From Ignavibacteria bacterium (GTDB taxonomy: Bacteria; Bacteroidota; Ignavibacteria; Kapaibacteriales; Kapaibacteriaceae), in assembly GCA_013204605.1 (NCBI GenBank), contig JABMNI010000021.1, positions 6,424 through 70,423 of the forward strand: a stretch of 64,000 nucleotides of DNA, in the 5' to 3' direction. A program made the position numbers and the translations under genes. The notes below the pieces were generated by a model that was not told the origin of the DNA, searched no databases, and was given only the letters and a program-made list of their open reading frames with translations. This document shows, one piece after another, positions 21,359 to 31,344 of the stretch (its first letter is position 1; the number at the start of each line of letters is the position of its first letter).

Positions 21359-22150
21359 TTAATCGGGGAAACTATAATGTTTCAATATGTCTTGCAGGTA
21401 AGCCTCAACAGTATGCAGCGGTAATTGCGTCTCAGCGTCGCTCATCGCAACTAATGGATTTGGGTGCGTCTCGGCAAATATTCCTCGTACGCCCACTGCG
21501 GCGGCCGCTCGGCTTAATACCGGAATGTACTGAGGACTTCCACCAGATTGCACGCCAATAGAAGGACGCTGCACGGAGTGGGTTGCATCAAATATCACGG
21601 GGAAGCCCGACGCCACCATGTCTGCTACGCCACGAAAATCAACAACCAAGTCATGATACCCAAAGCTCGTTCCCCTTTCGGTAAGCCAAATCTTGTCATT
21701 GCCGGCGGCAACACATTTGTTTGCTGCCTTAATAACATCCTCGGCTGCCATAAACTGTGCTTTTTTAATATTTACCGTCTTTCCAGTCTCGGCTGCGGCT
21801 TCAAGCAGCGCTGTTTGCCGGCTTAGAAAGGCTGGAATCTGCAGGACATCTACAAAATCTGCTGCCCAACTTGCTTCATCGGCAGTATGTACGTCGGTAA
21901 TTGTTGGCAAACCAAACTCCGCCCCGACACTTTTCAAAATTTGGATGGCCTCTAAATCTCCAATTCCTTGAAACGATCCAGCGCTGGTTCGATTAGCTTT
22001 ACGGTACGACCCCTTCAACACTAATTGAATAGGATACGTACGCTGAAGTTCGGCAAGTTGCCTGGCCACTTGAAACACAACGTCGTGTGATTCTATGAGG
22101 CATGGACCCGCAATAAAGAGTAGTTTACTTGATTCTAGCTGCATGACCAT
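21359..22150 (-). CDS. kdsA: 3-deoxy-8-phosphooctulonate synthase
   Basis: LLFIAGPCLIESHD N-terminus. The likely start is the ATG at 22150 (MVMQLESSK), not the longer ORF reaching 22201. Confidence 0.85.
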   Translation of the reverse strand: MVMQLESSKLLFIAGPCLIESHDVVFQVARQLAELQRTYPIQLVLKGSYRKANRTSAGSFQGIGDLEAIQILKSVGAEFGLPTITDVHTADEASWAADFVDVLQIPAFLSRQTALLEAAAETGKTVNIKKAQFMAAEDVIKAANKCVAAGNDKIWLTERGTSFGYHDLVVDFRGVADMVASGFPVIFDATHSVQRPSIGVQSGGSPQYIPVLSRAAAAVGVRGIFAETHPNPLVAMSDAETQLPLHTVEAYLQDILKHYSFPD

Positions 22151-22162
22151 GCAAATTATCCA

Positions 22163-22170
22163 TAATTTTG
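22163..22170 (+). promoter_or_regulatory. -7 box TAATTTTG for ftsK
   Basis: TAnnTTTG in the kdsA/ftsK divergent intergenic region, 62 nt upstream of the ftsK ATG. Confidence 0.4.
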
Positions 22171-22231
22171 ACTTGTTCGTGTTAAAACACAATATCAGCA
22201 TGTCTCATTGGCGGAGCGTTTATGAGGAAGA

Positions 22232-24958
22232 ATGTCGAAAAGACTAGATAACATACCAAGTGGTCGACGTTCAAATCGGCCTCGGAATACTGACGAAGGT
22301 GACCTCCCATCCCCGGTGCTAGGTGGTACCCAGGAACCGACCGAGGATACACTACGAAAAATTCGAATCGCGGCAATTCTATTAGGGGTGTTTGCGGTTC
22401 TGCTTTTTATTGCGCTAGCATCCTACACCGCAAAGGACGAAGCCAACGCACAGCTCACGTTACGTGATATAATAGGGGTTATTCGGGGTGACGACGCACT
22501 TCGCGTCCGTTTCGAGACCACGAATAATTGGCTAGGACTTTTAGGTGCCGTTGTTTCGCACTGGATGTTCACCTCCACTGTTGGAGTATGGAGCACTGGG
22601 CTTCCAATATTGCTCATGTTTTGGGCCAGAGATATTTATCGTTTTCAAAGAATTACACCAAAGGTTACCCGAATAAGTATAGCATCTATGGCATCCATGG
22701 TAGTACTTGCGGCATTGTTTGGAACCTTTCAGTTAATCACGTGGCTCCCTCCCATAGATAGAATTATGGCTGGAGCAGTGGGTCAATTTTTATCCGGTGT
22801 TGCAACGCAGCTGGTTGGTTCCGTTGGAAGTGCTGCTATTATGTTGGTTGCCCTCACATTAATTATGATTGTTGGCTTCGAGGTAAATGTTGAACGCTTG
22901 GGTCTTTCTACCAGCAAATGGTTAATGCAAGGCCAGACCTTGTACAAGAAATACTTTTCTTCACAGCTGCTTAAAAAACATCCGCAAACGGATGAGCCAC
23001 AGGATGAGGAAGTTGTTGAAAAAGTTAAACCAACAAGGGCTGAAATTCAAGCTGATGAAAAGGATGACGAACCGGCTGAATTTATACGTCCAACGTTGAC
23101 GCCCTCAAAAGAGGCTCCAATTCGCCTTTCAGGTGCTGTACAAATTGTGCGTCCCATCCCCCATTCATCCGGCGGTGTGGCTCCCGATCCTGTTAGGGTA
23201 ATCGACTCACTAAAAAACCCAAAGCCCGTTAACATAAATGAAGTTGAAGAGCGTTTAAAAAATCTACATCCAGGTAAGGATATAAGAGTTTCGCCGGGCA
23301 GCGGACCATCCGACCCTGGTGATGCACCCGAACTCCCGCTGTTTATTCCTCCCGATGAAGATGATCAGTTTGAAGATGTTCCTGAACTGCCAGTTTCTCG
23401 TAAGGGGCTAACTGTTACAGTTGAGGGAGGTTCAGATGACGATCAGGAGATTTCACTGTCATCGAATACGTTATACGACGAAGATATTGCGTACAAGCCG
23501 CCGCCGGCGAGTTTGTTGAATCAGACAAAGGAGGAAGTCTCGGTCGACGATGAAGAACTGCGCAACAATGCTCGGATACTTCAAGAAAAACTTGAGACGT
23601 TTAAAGTCAAGATTGAAAATCTTACGGTGCAACCAGGTCCGGTGATTACTCAGTATGAATTTGTTCCTGCTTCAGGTATTAAGGTTGCGCAAATTGAAAA
23701 CTTGGCCGATGATATTGCACTCGCACTCAAAGCACAGGGCGTGAGAATCATTGCTCCGATTCCGGGCAGAGGCACAGTTGGAATTGAGATTCCAAATAAC
23801 AAACCCGCTGTTGTTCGGTTCAGTTCAATTATTAAGAGTCCGAAATTTCACAATCCCGATATCAAATTACCTATCGCCATGGGTAAGACGGTGGGTGGCG
23901 AAGTGTACTGTGCAGATCTTACAAAAATGCCCCATCTACTAATTGCGGGTGCAACAGGAAAAGGAAAGTCTGTTGGCATAAATACTATAATTGCATCGCT
24001 GCTGTATAGAATGCATCCACGTGAATTAAAGTTTGTGATTATCGATCCGAAGCGTGTTGAGATGGCCTTGTACAAATCACTCGAAAATCATTTCTTGGCT
24101 ATTAGCCCGGACATAAGTGAAACGATTGTTACCGAGCCGCAAAACGCCGTGGTGATGTTGAAGTGCGTTGTAGAAGAAATGCAGCAACGGTACAGCGTGC
24201 TTGCTGCTGCCGGACAAAGAAACATTGCAGACTATAACCGAAAAGCAAAAGAAGGAACGTTAAAAGAACGTGGTGGAATAAAGCACCGACCAATGCCGTA
24301 CATCGTGGTGGTGATAGATGAGTTGGCCGACCTTATGATGACCGCAGGTAAGGACGTTGAAGAACCTATTGTGCGCCTTGCGCAATTGGCTCGAGCCGTG
24401 GGCATTCACTGCGTAGTAGCAACGCAACGACCTTCCGTAGATGTTGTAACGGGTCTGATTAAAGCGAACTTCCCTGCTAGAATTGCTTATCAAGTTGCTT
24501 CGAGAATCGACTCTCGAACAATTTTAGATGCAAGCGGCGCTGAGCATTTGATTGGAAACGGTGACATGTTATTCTCACCGGGAAATACGCCGAAACCATT
24601 GCGAATGCAAAACGCGTTTATCTCTACGGACGAAGTTGAAGCTATTTGCGAACACATCGGAAAGCAGCGCGGATATTCACAACCGTACACGCTTCCAAGT
24701 GTGGCTGAAAAACGAAACCTATACGGCGGAGCCGCCGGTGGTGATAGAGATGTGCTATTTGAAGATGCAGCTCGAATTTTTATACAGCTGCAACAAGCTT
24801 CGGTATCCACGTTACAACGAAGGTTGAGAGTGGGCTATGCGCGGGCTGCTAGAATTGTTGATGAATTAGAAATGGCCGGAATTGTGGGTCCGCCGGATGG
24901 TTCTCGAGGTCGCCCTGTTCTTTTGCAAAGCGATGCCGAGCTGGAAGCGTACCTGTAA
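22232..24958 (+). CDS. ftsK: DNA translocase FtsK
   Basis: N-terminal TM segments, acidic/proline-rich linker, FtsK/SpoIIIE motor (GATGKGKS) and a C-terminal gamma winged-helix domain. Confidence 0.92.
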   Translation: MSKRLDNIPSGRRSNRPRNTDEGDLPSPVLGGTQEPTEDTLRKIRIAAILLGVFAVLLFIALASYTAKDEANAQLTLRDIIGVIRGDDALRVRFETTNNWLGLLGAVVSHWMFTSTVGVWSTGLPILLMFWARDIYRFQRITPKVTRISIASMASMVVLAALFGTFQLITWLPPIDRIMAGAVGQFLSGVATQLVGSVGSAAIMLVALTLIMIVGFEVNVERLGLSTSKWLMQGQTLYKKYFSSQLLKKHPQTDEPQDEEVVEKVKPTRAEIQADEKDDEPAEFIRPTLTPSKEAPIRLSGAVQIVRPIPHSSGGVAPDPVRVIDSLKNPKPVNINEVEERLKNLHPGKDIRVSPGSGPSDPGDAPELPLFIPPDEDDQFEDVPELPVSRKGLTVTVEGGSDDDQEISLSSNTLYDEDIAYKPPPASLLNQTKEEVSVDDEELRNNARILQEKLETFKVKIENLTVQPGPVITQYEFVPASGIKVAQIENLADDIALALKAQGVRIIAPIPGRGTVGIEIPNNKPAVVRFSSIIKSPKFHNPDIKLPIAMGKTVGGEVYCADLTKMPHLLIAGATGKGKSVGINTIIASLLYRMHPRELKFVIIDPKRVEMALYKSLENHFLAISPDISETIVTEPQNAVVMLKCVVEEMQQRYSVLAAAGQRNIADYNRKAKEGTLKERGGIKHRPMPYIVVVIDELADLMMTAGKDVEEPIVRLAQLARAVGIHCVVATQRPSVDVVTGLIKANFPARIAYQVASRIDSRTILDASGAEHLIGNGDMLFSPGNTPKPLRMQNAFISTDEVEAICEHIGKQRGYSQPYTLPSVAEKRNLYGGAAGGDRDVLFEDAARIFIQLQQASVSTLQRRLRVGYARAARIVDELEMAGIVGPPDGSRGRPVLLQSDAELEAYL

Positions 24959-25020
24959 AGCCCCTTTCAAAAGATTACATTGTTTGTCCTGTTCATACTG
25001 GCAGCCCTTACCTTGAGCCG

Positions 25021-25028
25021 TATCTTTG
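25021..25028 (+). promoter_or_regulatory. -7 box TATCTTTG for uvrA
   Basis: TAnnTTTG 22 nt upstream of the TTG start at 25050. Confidence 0.45.
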
Positions 25029-25049
25029 TAGGTTTACGCACCACTTTCG

Positions 25050-27941
25050 TTGGCAAATCCCTTGAATGATGACTACATATTTTTTCCCGATTCCGAGCTA
25101 AACTCGATACGAATTCGTGGCGCCAGGGAGCACAACCTTAAGAATATTTCGGTCGAAATTCCGCGCGATAAGATTGTTGTAATTACGGGTTTAAGTGGCT
25201 CGGGGAAGTCGTCGTTAGCATTCGATACGATTTATGCCGAGGGGCAGCGCAGGTACGTGGAGTGTATGTCGGCATATGCGCGGCAGTTTTTGGGGATAAT
25301 GAAAAAGCCAGACGTGGACTCGATTGACGGACTGAGTCCAGCAATTTCGATTGAACAAAAGAGCATCGGACATAATCCCCGATCGACGGTAGGCACGGTC
25401 ACCGAGATTTATGACTACTTGCGTTTGCTATACGCTAAAGCCGGAATACAGTACTGCGTTAATTGCAATATCGAGGTTAAGCAGCAAACGTTGGATCAGA
25501 TTGTGGACGCGTTGTTGAAGCATCCGGTCGATACGAAGGTGCAAGTGTTGAGTCCAGTGGTAAAGGGCCGGAAAGGACACTATCGCGAGCTTTTTGAACA
25601 ACTACGGAAGCAGGGTTTTACGCGAGTTAGAATTGATGGCGAGATGCAAGAGATTACTGAGAGCCTGCAATTACCTCGCTACAAAGTGCACAATATTGAA
25701 CTGTTGGTTGACCGAATAGTTATCGATGAAGGAATCAGAACTCGGTTGACTGAATCGGTAGATACGGCTTTGCATTTGGGTGATGATGGTGTTAGCGCAT
25801 TGATAGAGACATCTGAAAATGTTTGGACCGAAGTGTACTTTAGCACCACCTATTCATGTCCGTCTTGTGGTACATCATACGCCACCCCTGCCCCCAACAT
25901 GTTTTCGTTCAACTCCCCTTTTGGCTCGTGTTCGGAATGCGAAGGCTTGGGTGAGAAAACGGATTTCGATATGGAATTGGTAATGCCTGACCTTAGTGTG
26001 AGTATTGATAGCGGTGGAATTGGACCTCTTGGAAAGGCGCGAGATACATGGCTTTGGAAGCAAGTAACATCGTATTGCAAGGACGTAGGAATTGATCGAA
26101 CAAAACCGATTTCTGAAATTGCCGACCATTCACTTCAGGCCTTGCTGTATGGTACCGATGGCGCCAGAGTTACCGTTGAGTACAAGAACACCGAGGTCCG
26201 TCACCAGTTTATTGGCGTGCTGCCCACGCTAAAACATCAACTCGAGCAAACGGCTTCGGCCACCATTCGAAAAGGAATTGAGCAGTATTTCGCTGCCATG
26301 CCATGTCCGTCGTGTAACGGCGCACGTTTAAAAGAAGCGCATCTTTTCATTCGAGTAAACGACATGAATATTCACGACGTGAGTATCATGTCTATCGTCG
26401 ACTGCTTACAATGGTTTAGTACCGTCATGGAAAATCTTTCAGACCGGCAACAAATTATTGCAGACTTGATAGTGAGAGAAATTAGTAAACGGCTCAGTTT
26501 TTTGGTCGATGTAGGACTCACCTATTTAACGTTACATCGATCTGCTAGATCGCTAAGTGGCGGTGAGTCGCAACGCATTCGTCTCGCCTCGCAAATAGGC
26601 TCGCAGCTAGTTGGCGTGACATATGTATTAGACGAGCCTAGCATTGGACTTCACCAACACGATAATCAAAAGCTGATAAAATCCCTAAAAAATCTGCGTG
26701 ACATCGGTAACACCGTAGTTGTAGTTGAGCATGATAAAGACATGATTTTACAGGCCGATTACGTAATTGATATTGGTCCCGGCGCCGGAGTCCATGGCGG
26801 AAAAATTATCGCTCAATTCGATCCTTCATCTACTGAATTAGCCTCAATTCCAAGCACAGATTCCCTTACACTCCAGTATCTGCGCGGCGAGATAGTGGTA
26901 GAGGCCCCATTGGAACGGCGTGTTGGCAACGGTAATAGTATTGTGTTGAAAGGGGCTAAGGGGAACAATCTTTTAGATGTCACTCTCACGCTGCCATTGG
27001 GCCAGTTTGTATGTGTTACCGGGATGAGTGGTTCAGGTAAAAGCACGCTCATTAATGACACGCTCTATCCGATAATTGCCCAGCAGTTTTACAGAGCCGA
27101 AACAAAGCCCCTTGCCTATGAAGCAATTGAGGGCTTGGAAAACATCGACAAAGTAATTGAGATTGATCAGTCGCCCATTGGAAGAACGCCAAGAAGTAAT
27201 CCCGCAACATATACAGGTCTGTTCACACAAATCCGGGACTTCTTCACGTTGCTGCCTGAGTCGAAAATCCGTGGTTACAAGTCTGGTAGATTTTCGTTCA
27301 ACGTTGTTGGAGGAAGATGCGAGGAGTGCGAAGGTGCAGGAATTCGAAAAATTGAAATGAGTTTTCTTCCAGATGTATTTGTTTCGTGCGACAATTGTAA
27401 TGGGGCTCGATATAACAGTGAGACGCTTGCTGTGAAATTCAAGGGTAAGTCAATTGCAAATGTTCTGGATATGACAGTTGAAGAAGCTTGTGAATTCTTT
27501 GTTGACATTCCAAAAATTTACAAGAAATTAAAAACACTGAGTGAAGTTGGCCTAGGTTACATTTCATTGGGTCAGCAAGCGCCCACACTCTCCGGCGGTG
27601 AAGCACAGCGCGTGAAGTTGGCTACTGAACTCTCAAAACAAAACACCGGTAAAACATTATACGTTCTGGATGAGCCCACTACTGGATTGCATTTTGAAGA
27701 CATTAACATACTGCTCAGATTGTTGGACAAACTAGTCGACAAGGGAAATTCCGTTGTTGTAATTGAGCATAATCTCGACGTGATATGTCATGCAGACCAC
27801 GTGATCGACCTCGGACCCGGTGGCGGTATTGAAGGCGGAAAAATTGTTGCGTGTGGTACACCGGAGCAAGTGGCGGCAAGTGAGCTCAGTATTACTGGTA
27901 AGTATATCAAGAATGAACTTTTGGGAAGAATTGTAAATTGA
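25050..27941 (+). CDS. uvrA: Excinuclease ABC subunit A
   Basis: Two ABC ATPase modules and zinc fingers. Very high similarity to UvrA from [10 protein letters not shown] onward. Start is ambiguous: TTG at 25050, with no ATG in frame upstream of the conserved core. Confidence 0.95.
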   Translation: MANPLNDDYIFFPDSELNSIRIRGAREHNLKNISVEIPRDKIVVITGLSGSGKSSLAFDTIYAEGQRRYVECMSAYARQFLGIMKKPDVDSIDGLSPAISIEQKSIGHNPRSTVGTVTEIYDYLRLLYAKAGIQYCVNCNIEVKQQTLDQIVDALLKHPVDTKVQVLSPVVKGRKGHYRELFEQLRKQGFTRVRIDGEMQEITESLQLPRYKVHNIELLVDRIVIDEGIRTRLTESVDTALHLGDDGVSALIETSENVWTEVYFSTTYSCPSCGTSYATPAPNMFSFNSPFGSCSECEGLGEKTDFDMELVMPDLSVSIDSGGIGPLGKARDTWLWKQVTSYCKDVGIDRTKPISEIADHSLQALLYGTDGARVTVEYKNTEVRHQFIGVLPTLKHQLEQTASATIRKGIEQYFAAMPCPSCNGARLKEAHLFIRVNDMNIHDVSIMSIVDCLQWFSTVMENLSDRQQIIADLIVREISKRLSFLVDVGLTYLTLHRSARSLSGGESQRIRLASQIGSQLVGVTYVLDEPSIGLHQHDNQKLIKSLKNLRDIGNTVVVVEHDKDMILQADYVIDIGPGAGVHGGKIIAQFDPSSTELASIPSTDSLTLQYLRGEIVVEAPLERRVGNGNSIVLKGAKGNNLLDVTLTLPLGQFVCVTGMSGSGKSTLINDTLYPIIAQQFYRAETKPLAYEAIEGLENIDKVIEIDQSPIGRTPRSNPATYTGLFTQIRDFFTLLPESKIRGYKSGRFSFNVVGGRCEECEGAGIRKIEMSFLPDVFVSCDNCNGARYNSETLAVKFKGKSIANVLDMTVEEACEFFVDIPKIYKKLKTLSEVGLGYISLGQQAPTLSGGEAQRVKLATELSKQNTGKTLYVLDEPTTGLHFEDINILLRLLDKLVDKGNSVVVIEHNLDVICHADHVIDLGPGGGIEGGKIVACGTPEQVAASELSITGKYIKNELLGRIVN

Positions 27942-28042
27942 GAAGGAAATCAAAATTTGAATTGAAAACAGAAGTTACTGATTCATTTCAATATTTTTTA
28001 CGACAAAGCCTCACCCCAAGTTAGCTGGCAAGAATCTATGAT

Positions 28043-30106
28043 TTGATAGACTCCACTATGGAGTTTAGCTTAGACACCCTTCGTGGCTTTGTTATCGATT
28101 GTGCTGCTGAGTGTGACATTCCAGCTGTGGAGAAACTTGTAAATAAAGATGAACTTGGATCGTTGACTTCTGCTATTCTAATTACTAAACAGTTTCAAAT
28201 CATCTATGTCTCACGATTCACTGAAACAGGAAGCGCCGTACTAGGCAATGGCGAACTGATGTTGTTTGAAGATTTTTCGTCGATTGAAGATACTTGCAAA
28301 ATAGTTTTACTACATACGCCACTAGTTTCATTTATAAACACCCAACAGTCACCAATTGTAGGTCACGCTCCTATGGAGACTAAGAAGACGAGTTTCAAAG
28401 ACATATGGCCCAACCTTAAATCCATTTTGACTAAAGAAAAGGTCGACATATGGACATTGGTGGCATATGCAGCGTTGGCCAGTGGACTTGGATTAATAAT
28501 TCCGCTGAGCTCGCAATCCATTATTAACTCAGTTTCGCTCGGCGTGTTTACATCTCAGTTCTACGTGTTGTGTGGTGTTGTGCTTATAGTAATGATTATG
28601 CTGGCATTTTTGACAGTCGCTGAGAGTTACATAATCGACATGATACAGCGCCGATTGTTGGTGCATACGTCTTTTGACATTGCAGGCAGGTTACCAAAAG
28701 CAACGCATGAATCTGTAAGATTGAATTACACGCCCGACCTTGTAAACCGTTTCTTTGATGTGATGACAATTCAAAAGTCGCTTGCGAAGTTCCTGCTGGA
28801 TGGGGTAAACGGTGTGTTGATATTGATTTCCGGTTTAGTCTTACTAGCCTTTTATCACCCGTTTTTTATCATATACGACTTGTTGTTTCTGTTTTTTGTA
28901 CCGGTTCTAGTAATGCTATTCGGGAGGGGCGCAATTGGTTCTGCTGCGAAGTATCAGGCTGCGGCCTCTTTGGAAGACATTGCGCGCGCTCAACTCAGTT
29001 TTAAACTAAACTCTGCTTCTGCCTTTGGAATTGATCGAATCAATCGCATATCGTTGTCGTACATAGATGCTAAGCGGGCACATTTTTTTATTGTAGCACG
29101 TCAATTGTTTTGTTCCTATATTTTCAAAGCCGTTGCTGTTGTGGGTATTTTGGGTGTTGGTGGCGGATTAGTTCTAGCACAGCAACTTAGTCTTGGTCAG
29201 TTAGTTGCTGCTGAGATTGTTATACTGATGATCATCAGCGCGCTTGAAAAGCTATTAGGTCAGTTTGATAGTTATTATGATATGATGGCTGCATTGGACA
29301 AGCTTTCATTCGTTATGAATCAACCTCTGGAAACTGTTGGCGGAATATCGATTACTGAAACGGATGTCGATATTGTAGCGAAGTTCACAAATGTCCAATT
29401 GTCTTTCAATAATAGAAACGTATTGCAAGGATTGAATCTTGAATAGAGGAGAGGTTCACATATTAGCATAGTGGGGCGCAGCGGTAGTGGTAAATCCACA
29501 ATGATGCATCTTTTACTAGGATTACTCAAGCCCACCTCTGGCATCGTTGAAGCCTTCCAGGTTAGTTTACAACAGGCCAACTTGAACTCATTACGAATCC
29601 ACGTTGGATACATGCACCCTGAAAGCCAACTTATTTCAGGTTCAATTTTAGATAACATCACTTTCGGAAGAGAAATTGACAGAAATTCATTGCGATGGGC
29701 AATCGAGCTCACGGGATGCACCGAGGAAATTGACAACCTTCCAGGCGGCATTATGTACCGAATTACTGGTAGCGAAGAAGACTTAGCATACGGCTTACGG
29801 AAGAAAATTATCATTACGCGCTGTATTGTAAACAAACCGCAGATATTGATTTTAGATGAAGCGTTCGAAGGTATCGAGGATTCTCTTAAACTTTCGATGA
29901 TTGATCGCATATTTAAGGAGAAAGATTGGACAGTTATAAATGTTTCCCACGATCCTGAACTAGTTGCGAAAACTGAGTTTACCTACGTTCTCGACAGTGG
30001 TAAAATCGTAGAGTCTGGAATTCCTTTAGAGTTAAGCCGAAAAGCTGATTCTGTATTCCGGACGTTATTCCCTAATTCAAATTTCTTTGAGACAAATGCC
30101 AGATAG
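28043..30106 (+). pseudogene. Peptidase(C39-like)-domain ABC exporter, disrupted by an in-frame TAG at 29444-29446 inside the nucleotide-binding domain
   Basis: ORF 28043-29446 carries an N-terminal C39-like domain (FVIDCAAEC) and a six-TM ABC domain, and ends in the first NBD strands (FTNVQLSFNNRNVLQGLNLE*). ORF 29471-30106 continues in the same frame (RRGSHISIVGRSGSGKST; Walker A, Q-loop, Walker B ILILDEA, H-loop VSHD). The C-loop is degenerate (LAYGLRKK instead of LSGGQ). Confidence 0.6.
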
Positions 30107-31343
30107 AAATTCATTCGATGACGTAGATCAGGCGGAGCACACCAACCGATGTAGTTCTTCCCTTGCAAGTACGAAAACCAAGCGTGTATTCAGGCTGTTA
30201 GGATGGACAGTTGGATTTATCATGATATTGATTGTTTTCGGGCTTTGGTTTATTCCTTGGCGACAGACTGTAAGTGCATCCGGGACAGTAACTTCTTTCC
30301 ATCCGTCGGCGAGAGCACAATCTATTGAGAGCATGGTTTCGGGTAAGATAGTTCGGTGGTTGGTAGTTGAAGGTCAGATGGTTGAGGCTGGTGACACCCT
30401 GTGTCTTTTAACCGACATCAATATAGGCTTCTTAGATACTAATCTGTTGACCAAATTGGAAGACTTACGTGAACGCACTTTTCAAGCTCAAGAAAATAGT
30501 ATTACCATTTCAATACAACGCCGCAGACAGGCGGAACAGAGATATGAGCAGGCTCGTGCTCGAATGGAAAATGCGGCAGTGGAAATTTCCACCGCACGTG
30601 TGCGGATGTCTCGTGCAGAGTTACTCTTCTTAGAGAGTCTTGTGTCGCAACGAGAAGTTGAGTCAGCGCAATTGAACCTGCAAAAAAGTCGCGCGGATTC
30701 CGTTACCGCTATGGCTGCTTTTAATGCATCGGCGCGTGATGTTGAGGCGCTTCGAGCAGAAGAAGAGCGAGTAGTTAATATGGCATTCGTTGCAATGCAA
30801 GAAGCTGATGTACGATTGGGTAATTCTAAATCTCGCATAAATGCCAGTACGATAGTTGCACCATCTAGCGGCCAAGTGGTCAGAATTGCAAAGGTAGGGT
30901 CTGGACAAATTGTAAAGGAAGGTGAGATTCTTGCAACGGTGGTTCCAAGTTCCAACGATCAGGCTGTTGAACTTTACGTGAACGGCCGCGATGCGGCTAT
31001 CGTTCGTAAGGGCGGACTGGTTGCCATACAGTTCGCGGGGTTCCCCGCTTTTCAAATTTCAGGGTGGAATCAGGTGGCTGTTGGAATTTTCCATGGGCGA
31101 GTTAAAGTAATTGATGCTGTTGATGACGGAACGGGGAAGTATCGCGTACTAGTCGTCCCCGACTTAACAATGAAAACTTGGCCTAAATCTGATATTCTTC
31201 GGCAAGGGTCATCAGCATCTGGTTGGATGATACTCGAAGAAGTACCGCTCGGTGCGGAATTGTGGCGAATGTTCATGGGATTCCCACCCCAATTTCCCGT
31301 GAATGAATTGCCAATGAAAACAGAGCCTGGGGAGAAGAAGTAG
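30087..31343 (+). CDS. HlyD-family membrane fusion (periplasmic adaptor) protein
   Basis: N-terminal TM, coiled-coil and beta-barrel HlyD architecture. Its start overlaps the end of the ABC NBD. Confidence 0.8.
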   Translation: MRQMPDRNSFDDVDQAEHTNRCSSSLASTKTKRVFRLLGWTVGFIMILIVFGLWFIPWRQTVSASGTVTSFHPSARAQSIESMVSGKIVRWLVVEGQMVEAGDTLCLLTDINIGFLDTNLLTKLEDLRERTFQAQENSITISIQRRRQAEQRYEQARARMENAAVEISTARVRMSRAELLFLESLVSQREVESAQLNLQKSRADSVTAMAAFNASARDVEALRAEEERVVNMAFVAMQEADVRLGNSKSRINASTIVAPSSGQVVRIAKVGSGQIVKEGEILATVVPSSNDQAVELYVNGRDAAIVRKGGLVAIQFAGFPAFQISGWNQVAVGIFHGRVKVIDAVDDGTGKYRVLVVPDLTMKTWPKSDILRQGSSASGWMILEEVPLGAELWRMFMGFPPQFPVNELPMKTEPGEKK

Positions 31344-31344
31344 C

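Noticed and set aside
22182-22376. 64-aa minus-strand ORF overlapping the ftsK 5' end and the kdsA upstream region
   Set aside because: It overlaps the well-supported ftsK N-terminus on the opposite strand and has no features of a real small protein. The kdsA start is better placed at 22150.
27955-28005. Possible terminator hairpin after uvrA (ATTGAAA...TTTCAAT followed by ATTTTTTA)
   Set aside because: A 7-bp AT-rich stem with an 18-nt loop is too weak and too loose to call with confidence. It may still contribute to termination.
28031-28039. TATGATTTG upstream of the ABC exporter as a -7 box
   Set aside because: It has three bases instead of two between TA and TTTG and does not fit the TAnnTTTG consensus used for the other calls.
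29444-29446. The in-frame TAG in the ABC exporter as programmed pyrrolysine incorporation or general amber reassignment
   Set aside because: TAG is used as an ordinary stop for neighbouring genes (NBD end 30104-30106, hlyD 31341-31343). No pyl genes or suppressor tRNA are visible in the window. A nonsense mutation or a base error is the more economical explanation.
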